A stretch of 63,513 nucleotides of DNA from the NCBI GenBank assembly GCA_028534125.1, contig CM052816.1, positions 75,828,001-75,891,513 of the forward strand, in the 5' to 3' direction. This DNA comes from Lama glama (taxonomy: Eukaryota). The stretch's first letter is position 1; each line of letters opens with the position of its first letter. Below are positions 48,250 to 59,756 of this stretch, piece after piece. Below the pieces are notes generated by a model. The model saw only the letters and a list, made by a program, of their open reading frames with translations, ran no database searches and had not been told where the DNA came from. Position numbers and translations under genes: made by a program.

Positions 48250-48930
48250 TCATTTCCTGTGATATCACCTGGCTTGACTGCTGGCGTCGTCAGTCTTCCA
48301 CTCCTGTCCCCCTTACCACCCACAACTAGAAACATCCAATTATCACCCACACCTGCCCGTTCTTTTTATTTTTTAAATCATCCTCTCCCTGTATTTCAGC
48401 TCTTTCTTATATTAATATCCTTCAGCTCTCCCATCTTAGAAAATAAACCTTTCCCAACCCGATATCCAGCTCCCACTCCGCCTCTCTCTTCACTGTTATA
48501 TCAGCGCTCTGTGAGTTAGTGTCCACCTTCACCAGTGCTGTGTCACCTCCCATTTCTTCCTTAGCTTGTCACCATCTGGCTTCTGCCTTCATCTTTTCAC
48601 CAAAACTACACAAACTTAGGTCAAATTGAGATCTCCTCTTTTGAAATCAACAGATATATTTACTTTTTATTTTAATGACCATTTCTGCAGCCTGTGAACC
48701 ACTCAGACTGCTTTGATTGGGTCATGCTGTCACATTGCTCCAGGGCTTACCTTCACCCTAGAATGCTCTTTCCTTGTCTTTAACTGGCTAACGGCTATGT
48801 GTCTTTGAAGATTTAGTGTGTCACTAATTTGGGAGGCCATATCTAACCTTCTTCTGAGCTTCAGCCTGAATTAGGGGCCCCAGGTCACCCTGTATTCATC
48901 TTTTAAATAGCATGTACCACATCATGTTAA
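48250..48930 (+). mobile_element. Fragmented L2
   Basis: Pyrimidine-rich L2 blocks: catctggcttctgccttcatc, cctagaatgctctttcc, ctggctaacggctatgtgtctttgaag, cctgaattaggggccc. Confidence 0.6.
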
Positions 48931-49059
48931 TTTCTAATTTTTGGTAAGTATTCTGTGTTTCTTATACATAAATTAGAAAATCTAGTGAACATGAAATAAA
49001 GTTTCCAATAACCTCATAACCAAGAGAAGATTACTACTAGTATTTTGGGTTTTATCTTT

Positions 49060-49149
49060 TTTTTTTTTTTAATGGAGGTTCTGGGTAGAGAACTCAGGAC
49101 CAGGTGCATGCCAAGCATGCACTCTACCACTGGGCTGTTACCCTTTCCC
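49060..49149 (-). mobile_element. Camelid-type tRNA-derived SINE, short form
   Basis: Minus strand GGGAAAGGGTAACAGCCCAGTGGTAGAGTGCATGCTTGGCATGCACCTGGTCCTGAGTTCTCTACCCAGAACCTCCATT plus poly-A. TSD tgggttttatcttt at 49046-49059 and 49150-49163. Confidence 0.88.
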
Positions 49150-49163
49150 TGGGTTTTATCTTT

Positions 49164-51788
49164 TTAAATTTTTTTATTGAGTTATAGTCAGTTTACAGTG
49201 TTGTGTCAATTTCCAGTGTAGAGCACAATTTTTTGGTTATACATGAACATACATATATTCACTGTTGCATTCTTTTTCACTGTGAGCTACCACAAGATCT
49301 TGTATGTATTTCCCTGTGCTATACAGTATAATCTTGTTTATCTATTCTACATATGTCTATCAGTATCTACAAATTTCGAACTTCCAGTCTGTCCCTTCCC
49401 ATCCCCCGCTTGGCAACCACAACTTTGTATTCTATATCTATGAGTCTGTTTCTGTTTTGTATTTATGTTCTGTTTTTGTTTTTGTTTTTAGATTCCACAC
49501 ATGAGCAATCTCATGTGGTATTTTTCTTTCTCTTTATGGCTTACTTCACTTAGAATGACATTCTCCAGGGACATCCATGTTGCTGCAAATGGCGTTATGT
49601 TGTCATTTTTATGACTCAATAGTATTCCGTTGTATAAATATACCACCTCTTCTTTATCCGGTCATCTGTCGATGGACATTTAGGCTGTTTCCATGTCTTG
49701 GCTATTGTAAATAGTGCTGCTATGAACATTGGGGTGCAATTGTTATCCTGAAGTAGGGTTCCTTCTGGATATATGCCCAAGGGCAGGATTCCTGGGTCAT
49801 ATGGTAAGTCTATTCCTAGTCTTTTGAGGAATCTCCATACTGTTTTCCACAGTGGCTGCACCAAACTGCATTCCCACCAGCAGTGTAGGAGGGTTCCCCT
49901 TTCTCCACAGCCTCTCCAGCATTTGTCATTTGTGGACTTTTGAATGATGGCCATTCTGACTGGTGTGAGGTGATACCTCATTGTAGTTTTGATTTGCATT
50001 TCTCTGATAATTAGTGATATTGAGCATTTTTTCGTGTGCCTATTGATCATTTGTATTTCTTCCTTGGAGAATTGCTTGTTTAGGTCTTCTGCCCATTTTT
50101 GGATTGGGTTGTTTGTATTTTTTTCTTATTAAGTCATACAAGCTGCTTATATATTCTGGAGATAAGCCTTTGTCAGTTTCATCTTTAGCAAAAATTTTCT
50201 CCCATTCTATAGGTTTTCATTTTGTTTTACTTATGGTTTCCTTTGCTGTGCAGAAGCTTATAAGTTTCATTAGGTCCCATTTGTTTATTCTTGCTTTTAT
50301 TTCTATTGCTTGGGTAGACTGCCCTAGGAGGACATTTTTGAGATATGTCAGATAATGTTTTGCCTATGTTTTCTTCTAGGAAGTTTATTGTATCTTGTCT
50401 TATGTTTAAGTCTTTGATCCAGTTAGAGTTTACTTTTGTGTATGGTGTAAGGGAGTGTTCTAGCTTCACTGATTTACATGCTGCTGTCCAGTTTTCCCAA
50501 CACCATTTGCTGAAGAGACTGTTTTTATTCCATTGTATATTCTTGCTTCCTTTGTCAAAGATTAGTTGACCTAAAGTTTCTGGGTTCATTCTGGGCTCTC
50601 TGTTCTGTTCCATTGGTCTATATGTCTGTTTTTGTACCAATACCATGCTGTCTTGATTACTGTAGCTCTATAGTAATGTCTGAAGTCTGGGAGAGTTATT
50701 CCTCCAGCTTCTTTCTTTTTCTTCAGTAATGCTTTGGCAATTCTAGGTCTTCTGTGGTTCCATATAAATTTTATTATGATTTGTTCTAGTTCTGTGAAAT
50801 ATGTCCTGGGTAATTTGATGGGGATTGCATTAAATCTGTAGATGGCCTTGGGCAGCAAGACCATTTTAACAATATTGATTCTTCCAACCAAGGAGCACAG
50901 GATATCTTTCCATTTTTTTAAGTCTTCTTTAATTTCCTTTATCAATGGTTTATAGTTCTCTGTGTATAAGTCTTTCACCTCCTTGGTTTGATTTACTCCT
51001 AGGTATTTTATTACTTTGGGTGCTATTTTAAAGTGGATTGTTTCTTTACTTTATTTTCCTCTTGATTCACTGTTAGTGTAAAGAAATGCAACTGATTTTT
51101 GTACGTTAATCTTATAACCTGCTACCTTGCTGAATTCTTTGATCAGCTCTAGTAGTTTTTGTGAGGACCTTTTTGGGTTTTCTATATATACTAACATGTC
51201 GTCAGCATATAGTGACACTTTTACTTCTTCTTTTCCAATTTGTATCCCTTTTGTTTCTCTCTTGCCTGATTGCTGTGGCTAAGACTTCCAAGTCTATGTT
51301 GAATAGGAGTGGTGATAGTGGGCATCCTTATCTTGTCCCAGATTTTAGTAGGAAGTTTTTGAGTTTTTCACCACTGAGTACTATGCTGGCTGTAGGATTG
51401 TCATATATAGCTTTTATTATGTTGAGATATGTTCTCTCTATACCCACTTTGGTAAGAGTTTTTATCATAAATGGGTGTTGAATTTGATCAAATGCTTTTT
51501 CTGTATCTATTGAGATGATCATGTGGGTTTTGTCCTTTCTCTTGTTGATGTGATGTATTACATTGATTGATTTGCATATGTTGAACCACCCTTGTGTTCC
51601 TGGGATGAACCTCACTTGATCATGATGTATAATCTCTGTTATGTGCTGTTGGATTCTATTTGCTAATATTTTGGTAAGGATTTTTACATCTATGTTCATC
51701 AGTGATATTGGTCTATAATTCTCTTTTTTGATAGTGTCTTTGCCTGGTTTTGGTATCAGGGTGATGGTGGCTTCATAGAATGAGTTTG
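49164..51788 (-). mobile_element. Young 2.6-kb 5'-truncated L1 with disrupted ORF2 (RT domain to C-terminus)
   Basis: Translations [25 protein letters not shown]...[23 protein letters not shown] and [18 protein letters not shown] lie in separate ORFs broken by stops and frameshifts. Exact 18-bp TSD tccctgggttttatcttt at 49146-49163 and 51789-51806. Confidence 0.97.
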
Positions 51789-51829
51789 TCCCTGGGTTTT
51801 ATCTTTCTAATCCACATAAAGATGCACAT

Positions 51830-52200
51830 GTTGATGTAGCCTGTTTTTTTTTTAACTATCATAAATATATCTTGAATATTTTTCCATAATTTCATCATCA
51901 TTTTTAAAGCTTCCCTGTATTCATGTTGGATGTATCCTCATTTACTTAAACTGATCTCTTTTCATGGGTAGCTAGATTGCTCACCCTTCCTCATGTTAAT
52001 GAAAATACTGCCTGTAAATATCCTTGTACAAACATCTTTGTAACTTATTCTGTTACAGACTAAGGATAAATTTCTAGAAGGGAAGCTGTTGGGGCAAAGA
52101 GTATTTACAGTTTTAGGACTTTATGTATTTAGCCACATTGACCTCTAGAAAATGTTACCTTAGTGTGTAAGAGTGGCTCACCACATACTATTCTAATTGT
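51830..52200 (-). mobile_element. Old L1 (L1ME-type) fragment
   Basis: taaatatccttgtacaaacatctttg...taaggataaatttctagaagggaagctgttggggcaaagagt. Confidence 0.65.
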
Positions 52201-53889
52201 TGGCTTTTACTCATCCTACTCCTTACATTTTTGGTGCTTGAGTGTGATTTTCTGTCTTTTCACGCGACTGGTTGATAATCAGTTGTTGAAGGGATCAATC
52301 TATAGTGATTTTTGTAAGGGGTTTCTTTCTATGTTTTTCGAAGAGGCATATTCATGACTGGCTTTGGGGAAAAAATTCCCCAAAAGTAAGTGAATTAGGG
52401 CATATTTGTAAGTGGAATACATTGCAGCCATTACAACTGTTGATGCAGATGAATGTTAGTTGTTTACCGTATGTTGATACACATACAAAAAACCAGCTAT
52501 AAAACGATATGTATGGTATGATATGATTTTTGTAACACAAATCTATATGCATAAATTACATTTACAAAATTGAAATTGGGATACGTACCCTGTTTTATTC
52601 TCTGTGTTTTATTCTTTCTGAGTGCCCATGAACCATTTTATAACATAGGCAATTTAAACCATCCATTTTACCAGTGATATTTCCCCCATCATTTTTCCTT
52701 TTCTCTTTACTAAGAAAAACAAGGGTTATAATACCAGTTTAGCCACCATGTTATAGGATAGTTATTCAGCTTTCCTTGTGTAATTCCTCTAACCATATAA
52801 TAGGGTAATGATACCATCTGTATTTTCCTCCAAGGAATGTTGTGAAATAACAGAGATTACTTGGTGTTCTTCGGAGGAAAATTGGTGTAGAAATCCTGGA
52901 TGTTTTATTTATTATTAATATCTACCCTTACCCTCATGTTTTGAAATGACTCAGGACTTAATGTGACTTAATGTGTGTAATGCAAGGCTACCTGGGAGGA
53001 AGGGAAGGAATCTTATGAAATATAACACAGTATGACCAATAGATACTTATTTTTATCACTCCAGGGGACTATAATGTTTTGTTTGTTAGCATCCATCATG
53101 ACATAATGATACAGTGTGTCTTCTGTACTTTCCTCTCTTCCTGTCTGGTAATTTTGCCTGTTTAAAATAAAAGAATGTCATCTTCCTAATAACTGTGTTG
53201 AGAGAGAAACTCTACAAGTTTCAATTTGTGTACCTTCGTTTACCACTCTTACATTAACATTAAAAAAAAAACTACCTGGCAATATTCGAGGTAAATTATT
53301 TATATTTCTCATTCTGTCCACAATAACATTCTTGCTTTTCCTGTGATGAAGCACCAAAATCGGAAAGATGGATAATTCTATTGCAATTATTAGATGAATC
53401 ACTTTCCAGACAGAACTCATAATATTTGCTTCAGATTGCTGGCATCAAGGACTATTTCTTTGTTAATTAAATGTTAAGGAGATAAAATATATTTTTATTT
53501 TGTTCTATGCTTTTTAACTTTTCAAGAACTGTCTCATCCATGGCCATGGAAAAGGTCAAGGTAATCTTATTGAGCATCACAATGACAATAATTACTAGTA
53601 ATTATTGGGAGCTTATAGTGGTCCACAGATTGTTTAGTGTGCCTTACACATGCTACCTCATTTATTATTATCACTATTGTTTACTATTTGGTGCTGATAT
53701 TTAACTGATTTTTTTAGCTTTCTCATATGCTCCATACTTCCTGGCACTTGTACTTATTTATAAGTACTTTGTCAAATATACGGCAACGAAGAGGGAAAAC
53801 AGTGGCAGAAGCAGAAGTGAAAGCAATAGAATTAGAGGGAGAGGAATGGCGGAAGTGGGGCTGGCAATGCCAGATCCAGCCTTATGAGC

Positions 53890-54022
53890 GGAGTGACACA
53901 TGCATCATTGTCCAAACCTGGACAGTCTCCACTGTGACAGAGGGAGCTAACTGTGCAGTATGCTGGGACAAAGAGAGTAAACTGGGACGTTCTGGGGGCA
54001 AACTGGGACATTCGTCATCCTA
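53890..54022. mobile_element. hAT-Blackjack MITE, MER94-like
   Basis: gagtgacacatgcatcattgtccaaacctggaca...gtaaactgggacgttctgggggcaaactgggacattcgtcatccta. Confidence 0.75.
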
Positions 54023-54229
54023 CTTAAAAGGAGGCAGAGTTGGTAGCCACTGCCTTGTGACTTGTTAGGTATAGAAAGATTCACTCCCTTCTGTCTGCCC
54101 TGGAATATGATTATCTCTACTTATAAATTCAGCCTAGAAACATTTCTGGTATAGGTCTCCTAATCAATATGTTAAAACCCTGTGTTTGTTGTTGTTGTTG
54201 TTTTAGTAGCATGATATGTTGTAATCTTA

Positions 54230-54612
54230 CTACCTTAAGCCAAAAGAGAATTTGTAAATGTCCCTGGCAGGACCCAGGGAACATGGATTTCCCTCAGGAA
54301 CAGGACCTTGATGCTGTCATAATTCTCAGTCTCAGCCTCTACTCCTTTCTGTGCATCTGCCTTATCCTTTTTGCTGCCTTCGTAGATCACTGCTTCCGCT
54401 TCTCCAGTCGAAGGTGGGAACATAGCTGTGGATTGTTTGTAAGTCTTACACCTGTTATCAGTGTCCACTGTGACCACAGATAAGGTTGTGGAAGGATATG
54501 GCAGCTTACCTGGTAACCATATCATTGTGTTCTGGGGAAAGGGACGTTCTGGATATTCTGTATCATTCTCAGAAGTAGAAGAATACTGGGAAGACAAAAC
54601 AATACGTGTCCA
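54230..54612 (-). mobile_element. Old MaLR LTR (MLT1J/K/L-like)
   Basis: Ends with gaagaatactgggaagacaaaacaatacgtgtcc, the reverse complement of the MLT1K/L-type start; caggaccttgatgctgtc internal motif. Left boundary uncertain. Confidence 0.5.
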
Positions 54613-55064
54613 AGGCATAACCTTTTGAATAGGTCCCACAGCTAACCAGAAAGCTGTGCACTAAAGCCTTGAGAGAGAAATTTCCATGAGTGAGCTAGAT
54701 AATTTGTGAAGTGCTTTCTCACTCTCAGGTTCCAAGATCAATATTTTATTTCCTCTTCCAAGGTAGAATAAGAATCTAAGGAAAAGGATTACAGGTGAGA
54801 CTTGGTCTGGCAGGAAAGCATATGGTTATCTGGGAAGCGAGATGCTCAAGTTAAACTTTCCCCATGTCGTTTACCAGTCATGGTCACCACGATGCCCCTG
54901 TCTCTCAGCTCCCTTTCCGATGTTGAAGCAGCTCTTTCTCCTTTACCTCTTGAATGTGTCTCCCTCATGACACCTTAATAGAGAGAGTTTTGGTTTTCTT
55001 AACGAAAGAAATAGTCTTCTAGGATGTGCTGTGTAATATGTCCATTTTTGATCAATTAAAAATA

Positions 55065-55460
55065 ACAATAACCCAAATTGACATTTGTGAAGCACTTATT
55101 ACTTCCAGTTGTTGTGCATGGCATATTATTTTATGTAATTCTCAAAACAATCCTTTCCCTATTCCCTGTTTCCCTGTACTTGTTTTTTATTTTTATTTTT
55201 CATTTATTTATCCTTTTAAAAGGAGCTTTTTACTGTGTATGATTTCAGACATTCCCACAATTGGAAGGGATGGTATAATGAGCCCCCAGATCCCCATCAT
55301 CCACAGTCTTCACCATCTGGCCAATCTTATTAGACTTGTTTTTCCAGATGAGGAGAGTATATAGGTTAAAGTTTTGCTCAAAGTCCCGTAGGTAATAAAT
55401 GTTAGAACTGGGATTAGAGCCCAGCTTGGAGTGACCCCCAAAAGAAAGGCCGCTTTGCAC
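55065..55460 (-). mobile_element. MIR split by an old L1 3' end (55188-55333)
   Basis: MIR halves at 55065-55187 and 55344-55460 flank tttcagacattcccacaattggaagggatggtataatgagccccc. TSD acttgttttt at 55178-55187 and 55334-55343. Confidence 0.7.
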
Positions 55461-58239
55461 TCTGCCATCTGTTCTATTTGGCATATGATGAAAAGCAAGA
55501 TAAATCCTGTGAGTTATCTGAATAATAGAAAAATAGTAACTATAAGGAACTCTAAGTGGGTATTTAACAGCCAAAATAATGCAATTAATTAAGATGTGCC
55601 CTAATTTATAAAAGTGGCTTATAATTTGGTTCTATTCTTATTTGCTGAGAAATGAGTAAGTCAAGACTTGAACGGTCTACTCTTCTGAAAGTTTCACTGG
55701 ATCATTGGGTAAACAGATGCAATTTCAATTCACTCAACATTCATAAAACATTGCAGGGTGCTGGGTGCCAGTGTATTAAGCTGGGTAATCAGCGTCTATT
55801 TTTACACACAAGTCACAGCCACAAAAAAGTGCATGTTGTTATACTAAGGAGGGGGCCTTAGAAATCACATAGGCTATTGGTTGTTACTTTGGGCTCTGCC
55901 AGCATTGATCTATGGCCGTCTTCAGAAACAGGGGAAGAAATGGAGGGAACCAAAGGGGAGATTTAGTAATAGAATTCTGTTTTTGTCCTCCCCACTTCAA
56001 CCAGAGCAGCCCCCAAATTTTATTTATTTGGAGTTTCTTCCTTTTACAGATGAAGAAACTTAGGGACAGTGAGTATCTAAGGTTGACAATATAGTGGGCT
56101 AAGGAGACACAAAAATAGGATCCTTCCATTTGCCATACCAGTGAGCTGCACAGTGTTCTTTATGCTCTTCATGCTCTTTTTAGAAGTGAGTTTAGCTTTC
56201 ACTGTGATTCTGAAGTCTGCAGCCAAGTCAGTCATTGCACTCAGATGTTCATGTTATAGGCACTGACTAATAGCATATGTGGTGACTGTGGGGTTATTAA
56301 GAAACTGCAGTCATTGAGTATGATGTAAATTGCTTTGACCCTTATGACATTGTTGCTAGATCTTAACAGATGTCTTTGGATTTGTTACCCATGTCTCCAG
56401 TTGAAGTCCTGAGTTTAGAGTCAAAAATTTCAAGGTTACATTCTTAGCAACAGACTAAGAGTTATCATGCAACCCCAGCTCCATGTCCTCTTAGCAAATA
56501 CTCTGATAGAGGATGAGATCCTGGGTTGGGGAAATCACTCTATTAAGTCTAGTTATTTGTGCTCAAACTCTAAATTCTGTAGTCTTTCTTGGACATTATG
56601 TCGAAGAAAAGATCCAACTCTCTGTTTCTAGCATTCCAATTCATATTGCTCTTGTCTGTTAAGATAATTAGAAGACATGGAAACTCAAGGCTTCTTTATC
56701 AAGTCAAAGGCTTAAACTGTTTAGCCAGTTTTCTAAAAATTATATTATTAATGCGAGTGACTAAAATTCATTCTAGTTGAGCTTTAGAGCCCAAGACATG
56801 GGCTTTTCTGCTGTTGAACTGGAGTAAGAGGCAAGGAAGCTGACTTGGACTTTGAGATTGGGAGGCCTTGGCCAAAGCGGAGGAGAGAGAGGAAGCAACC
56901 AAATTCAATTAGGAACTGGTAGGAGCAGATCAAATTTGCAGCTGGAAGAGATCATCTAGCAGCTGCGGCTTGGTCATCGCGGTGACTGTTATCCAGACAA
57001 GAAAAATAGAACGTGGGAGGCAATCCACTTGCAATTTCCTTATGCCAGTATTAAAACAGTGTTAGGGCTTACTGAGTTTTTTCATGAAGAAGAACAAATT
57101 CCCCAAAGATAGATCATGATGGATTTTTGTTTGATAGAAACAAAAATAGTAAAACTGACTTCCATTGATTAAAAAATTTTTTTCTAGTTATTTAGGTAGT
57201 TTCCTTTTCTAATTTTTCTGTGAAAAACAATGCTGTGACAAGGATTTTTTTTTGATTGTTGCTTATTTCTTTTTGAACATCTTATTGAACATCTCAATTT
57301 CTTCCTTAGAATAAAAACCTAGAATTTAAATGTCTGAGGTGAAGGGTATATATGTGATTAAGATTTCTGATGTGTAATCAAATTATCTTTGTTAAAAACT
57401 GTTGCAAGAATTAAAAAAAAATTTTTTTTCTTATGGACAGTCTACCATTTGTTGGCGATTTAGAGAAATTAAGGATACATTGTTGCTTCAGAGACTCCTG
57501 AAGTTAGACAGAACTCTCAGGGGCCAAATGGATCATTTCTACTCTATTAGGTTTTCTGAGCTTGAGATCTTCTGTTTTGTCCTGTCTGCCTTGTTAATAC
57601 CTGAGGCCACAACTAAGTGAACTGTTGAGCTCAATTGGGACTATCAAATTCTTTCTCTTTAAAATGTGGACCAAGAGAATGATGTCTAGACACTTAGAGA
57701 ATGTAGCTAAGCATACTAGGTTCTCGAGCTCTAAGGTCTAAAGAGTTAGGTCCGAGGGTGGACATATGGCAAATTAAAGATAAACTCAAGTACAAAACCT
57801 TTTCTATAGAGAGGATGTAGAGATAGAAGTGGACACTGGACATCAGATACCATGTAGCCTGAGAGATTCAATGGTGTACTCCCCAAGTCCCAACACTATA
57901 TTCTGTAGATTGTTTCGTAAGATGCTCCTGTGTTTTCTGAAGTTTAATTCACGTTGACCCTGATGGAAGGCACCTGACTACAGGTAAAATGGAAAACATT
58001 TACTTCAGATATGTCAATTATTTATTTGCAGGGCAGATCTTAGCTTACACAAGAGTCCACAGACCTCCAAACATAAATAGAACCAAATTTTCTGAAATAT
58101 AATTTAGGATATGCCTGACAAGAAATTGTTGTTTGTATTGGTGCGTTTACATGGAGAATTACCAGACAAGATCTGCTCTTAACTGTTTGAGCGTATAGGC
58201 TTTTTTGTTCACCCAACTTTGCTTTGGTTTAATTAGTAC

Positions 58240-58403
58240 AACATAAAGTTCAACTTTCACACATGTCAGAATTACTTGGGGGCTTGTTACAAGACAGGTT
58301 GTTTCTGATTCAGCAGTGTAGGGGCCAAAAATTTATGTCTCCAACAAGTTTTCAAGTAATGCTGATGTTTCTATCCTTGGGGGCCACACTTTGAAAACCA
58401 TTG
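58240..58403. mobile_element. MER5A hAT MITE
   Basis: tcagaattacttgggggcttgttac...tttctgattcagcag...ggggccacactttgaaaaccattg. Confidence 0.8.
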
Positions 58404-58880
58404 AAATAGTAAGAATGTGGGATGACCCCTCAGAGAACAAAATGATAGAATTTCTCATATTCTTTGCTCATCACTCTTAGGAAGATCTTAGTATTAAGTC
58501 TTTCTCTTATCCTTCTCTTCCCTCTACTCCTGCATCCCCAACCTCCATCCCTTGTGAACTCTTTCTCTTGGCTGCCATGTCCTACCATGGCTCTTACTAC
58601 ACTACTTAGTAATAGTTGTTTGCCTGATTAACTGCCAGCATCCTGAGGGCAGAAACTAGAGTATTTCATTTGTGTGTCTTCCCTGACTATTACCATACCT
58701 AAACATGGCAGGCATGAAATACAAATGTGTTGAATGAATGAAAGAATGAATGAGAATTTCTTTCTTCTCTTACCGAATTTTTAGGTCCCTGAAAAAGTCC
58801 ACCTCCAGTGGACTTGATCCCTCTATTTCTCTCTGGTAAAATTGGGAGGCTGGTGGTTATCTCTCTCTCTCTCTCTCTCT

Positions 58881-59148
58881 TTTTAATTGAAGTATAGTCT
58901 GCAATGTTGTGTCTATTTCTGGTGTACAGCAGAATGTTTCAGTCATACATATACATTCATATATTCCTTCTCATATTCTTTTTCACTATAGGTTACTGTA
59001 AGGTATGGAATATAGTTCCCTGTGCTGTACAATGTAAGTTTGTTGATTATCTATTTTATGTATAGTAGTTAGTATCTGCAAATCTTCAGCTCTCAATTCA
59101 TCCCTTCCCACCCCCTTCCCCGCCAGTAACCATTAGTTTGTTCTCCAT
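58881..59148 (-). mobile_element. 5'-truncated L1 3'UTR with (CT)10 at its tail junction
   Basis: ttttaattgaagtatagtc...gaatatagttccctgtgctgtac...gtaaccattagtttgttctc. Probable TSD tggttatctct (58854-58864) and tgcttatctct (59149-59159). Confidence 0.9.
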
Positions 59149-59708
59149 TGCTTATCTCTTTCTTGACCTTTATTCTTAGAATATTAGTGGCTTGTCAGGA
59201 TGGAATAAAGCAGGGTAAGGGAGAGCATGTGTGTGGATGCACATGCACATGTGTGCTCTATCTTCTTTTTCTTTTATATTTCCTTTTTGGTGCTCATCAT
59301 GTGATACGATAACTATACAAGTTGGTGGAATTGGGCATCTCCTGCAGATCACATGCCTCCTTGAGGAATGTCCCATTCATAGAGGGTTTTATTTTACCCT
59401 TTGTGGCTTACAACTCTTGGTTTCACTTGAGTAGCAATGCACCACCCACAAAACTAGATTGTCATCCATTCATGTAATTTCTTGTGACTCAAAGGCACAC
59501 AAAAAAGTATTAGACTAGGAATTAGCAATCCTGGGTTCTAGTCTTAGCATAATCTTTAATTATTTGCATAGACCCTTAGCCAAGTCTCTTAGATTGATTG
59601 TACAATGAAGGCTTTAATACAAGTGATCTGAATATTCTTTCCAAATCTTAACGCTCTTCAGCATCTGTGAAGTTGAGAGAAGTATGTTGTCAAGAGTATG
59701 ACAAGCTT

Positions 59709-59756
59709 CACAACATTGTAAAATGATTATAAATCAATAAAAAATGTCTAAAAAAA
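59709..59756 (+). mobile_element. Very short 5'-truncated young L1
   Basis: cacaacattgtaaaatgattataaatcaataaaaaatgtct plus poly-A. 17-bp TSD aagagtatgac(a/g)agctt at 59692-59708 and 59757-59773. Confidence 0.9.

Noticed and set aside
49616..51699. ORFs of 120-144 aa with clear protein similarity (also 16101..16421 and 23398..23784) as functional genes
   Set aside because: They are pieces of L1 ORF2 in 5'-truncated copies, broken by stops and frameshifts, with no promoter, ORF1 or endonuclease domain.
59222..59258. Apparent hairpin gagcatgtgtgtg...cacatgtgtgctc
   Set aside because: Alternating purine-pyrimidine low complexity explains the self-complementarity.
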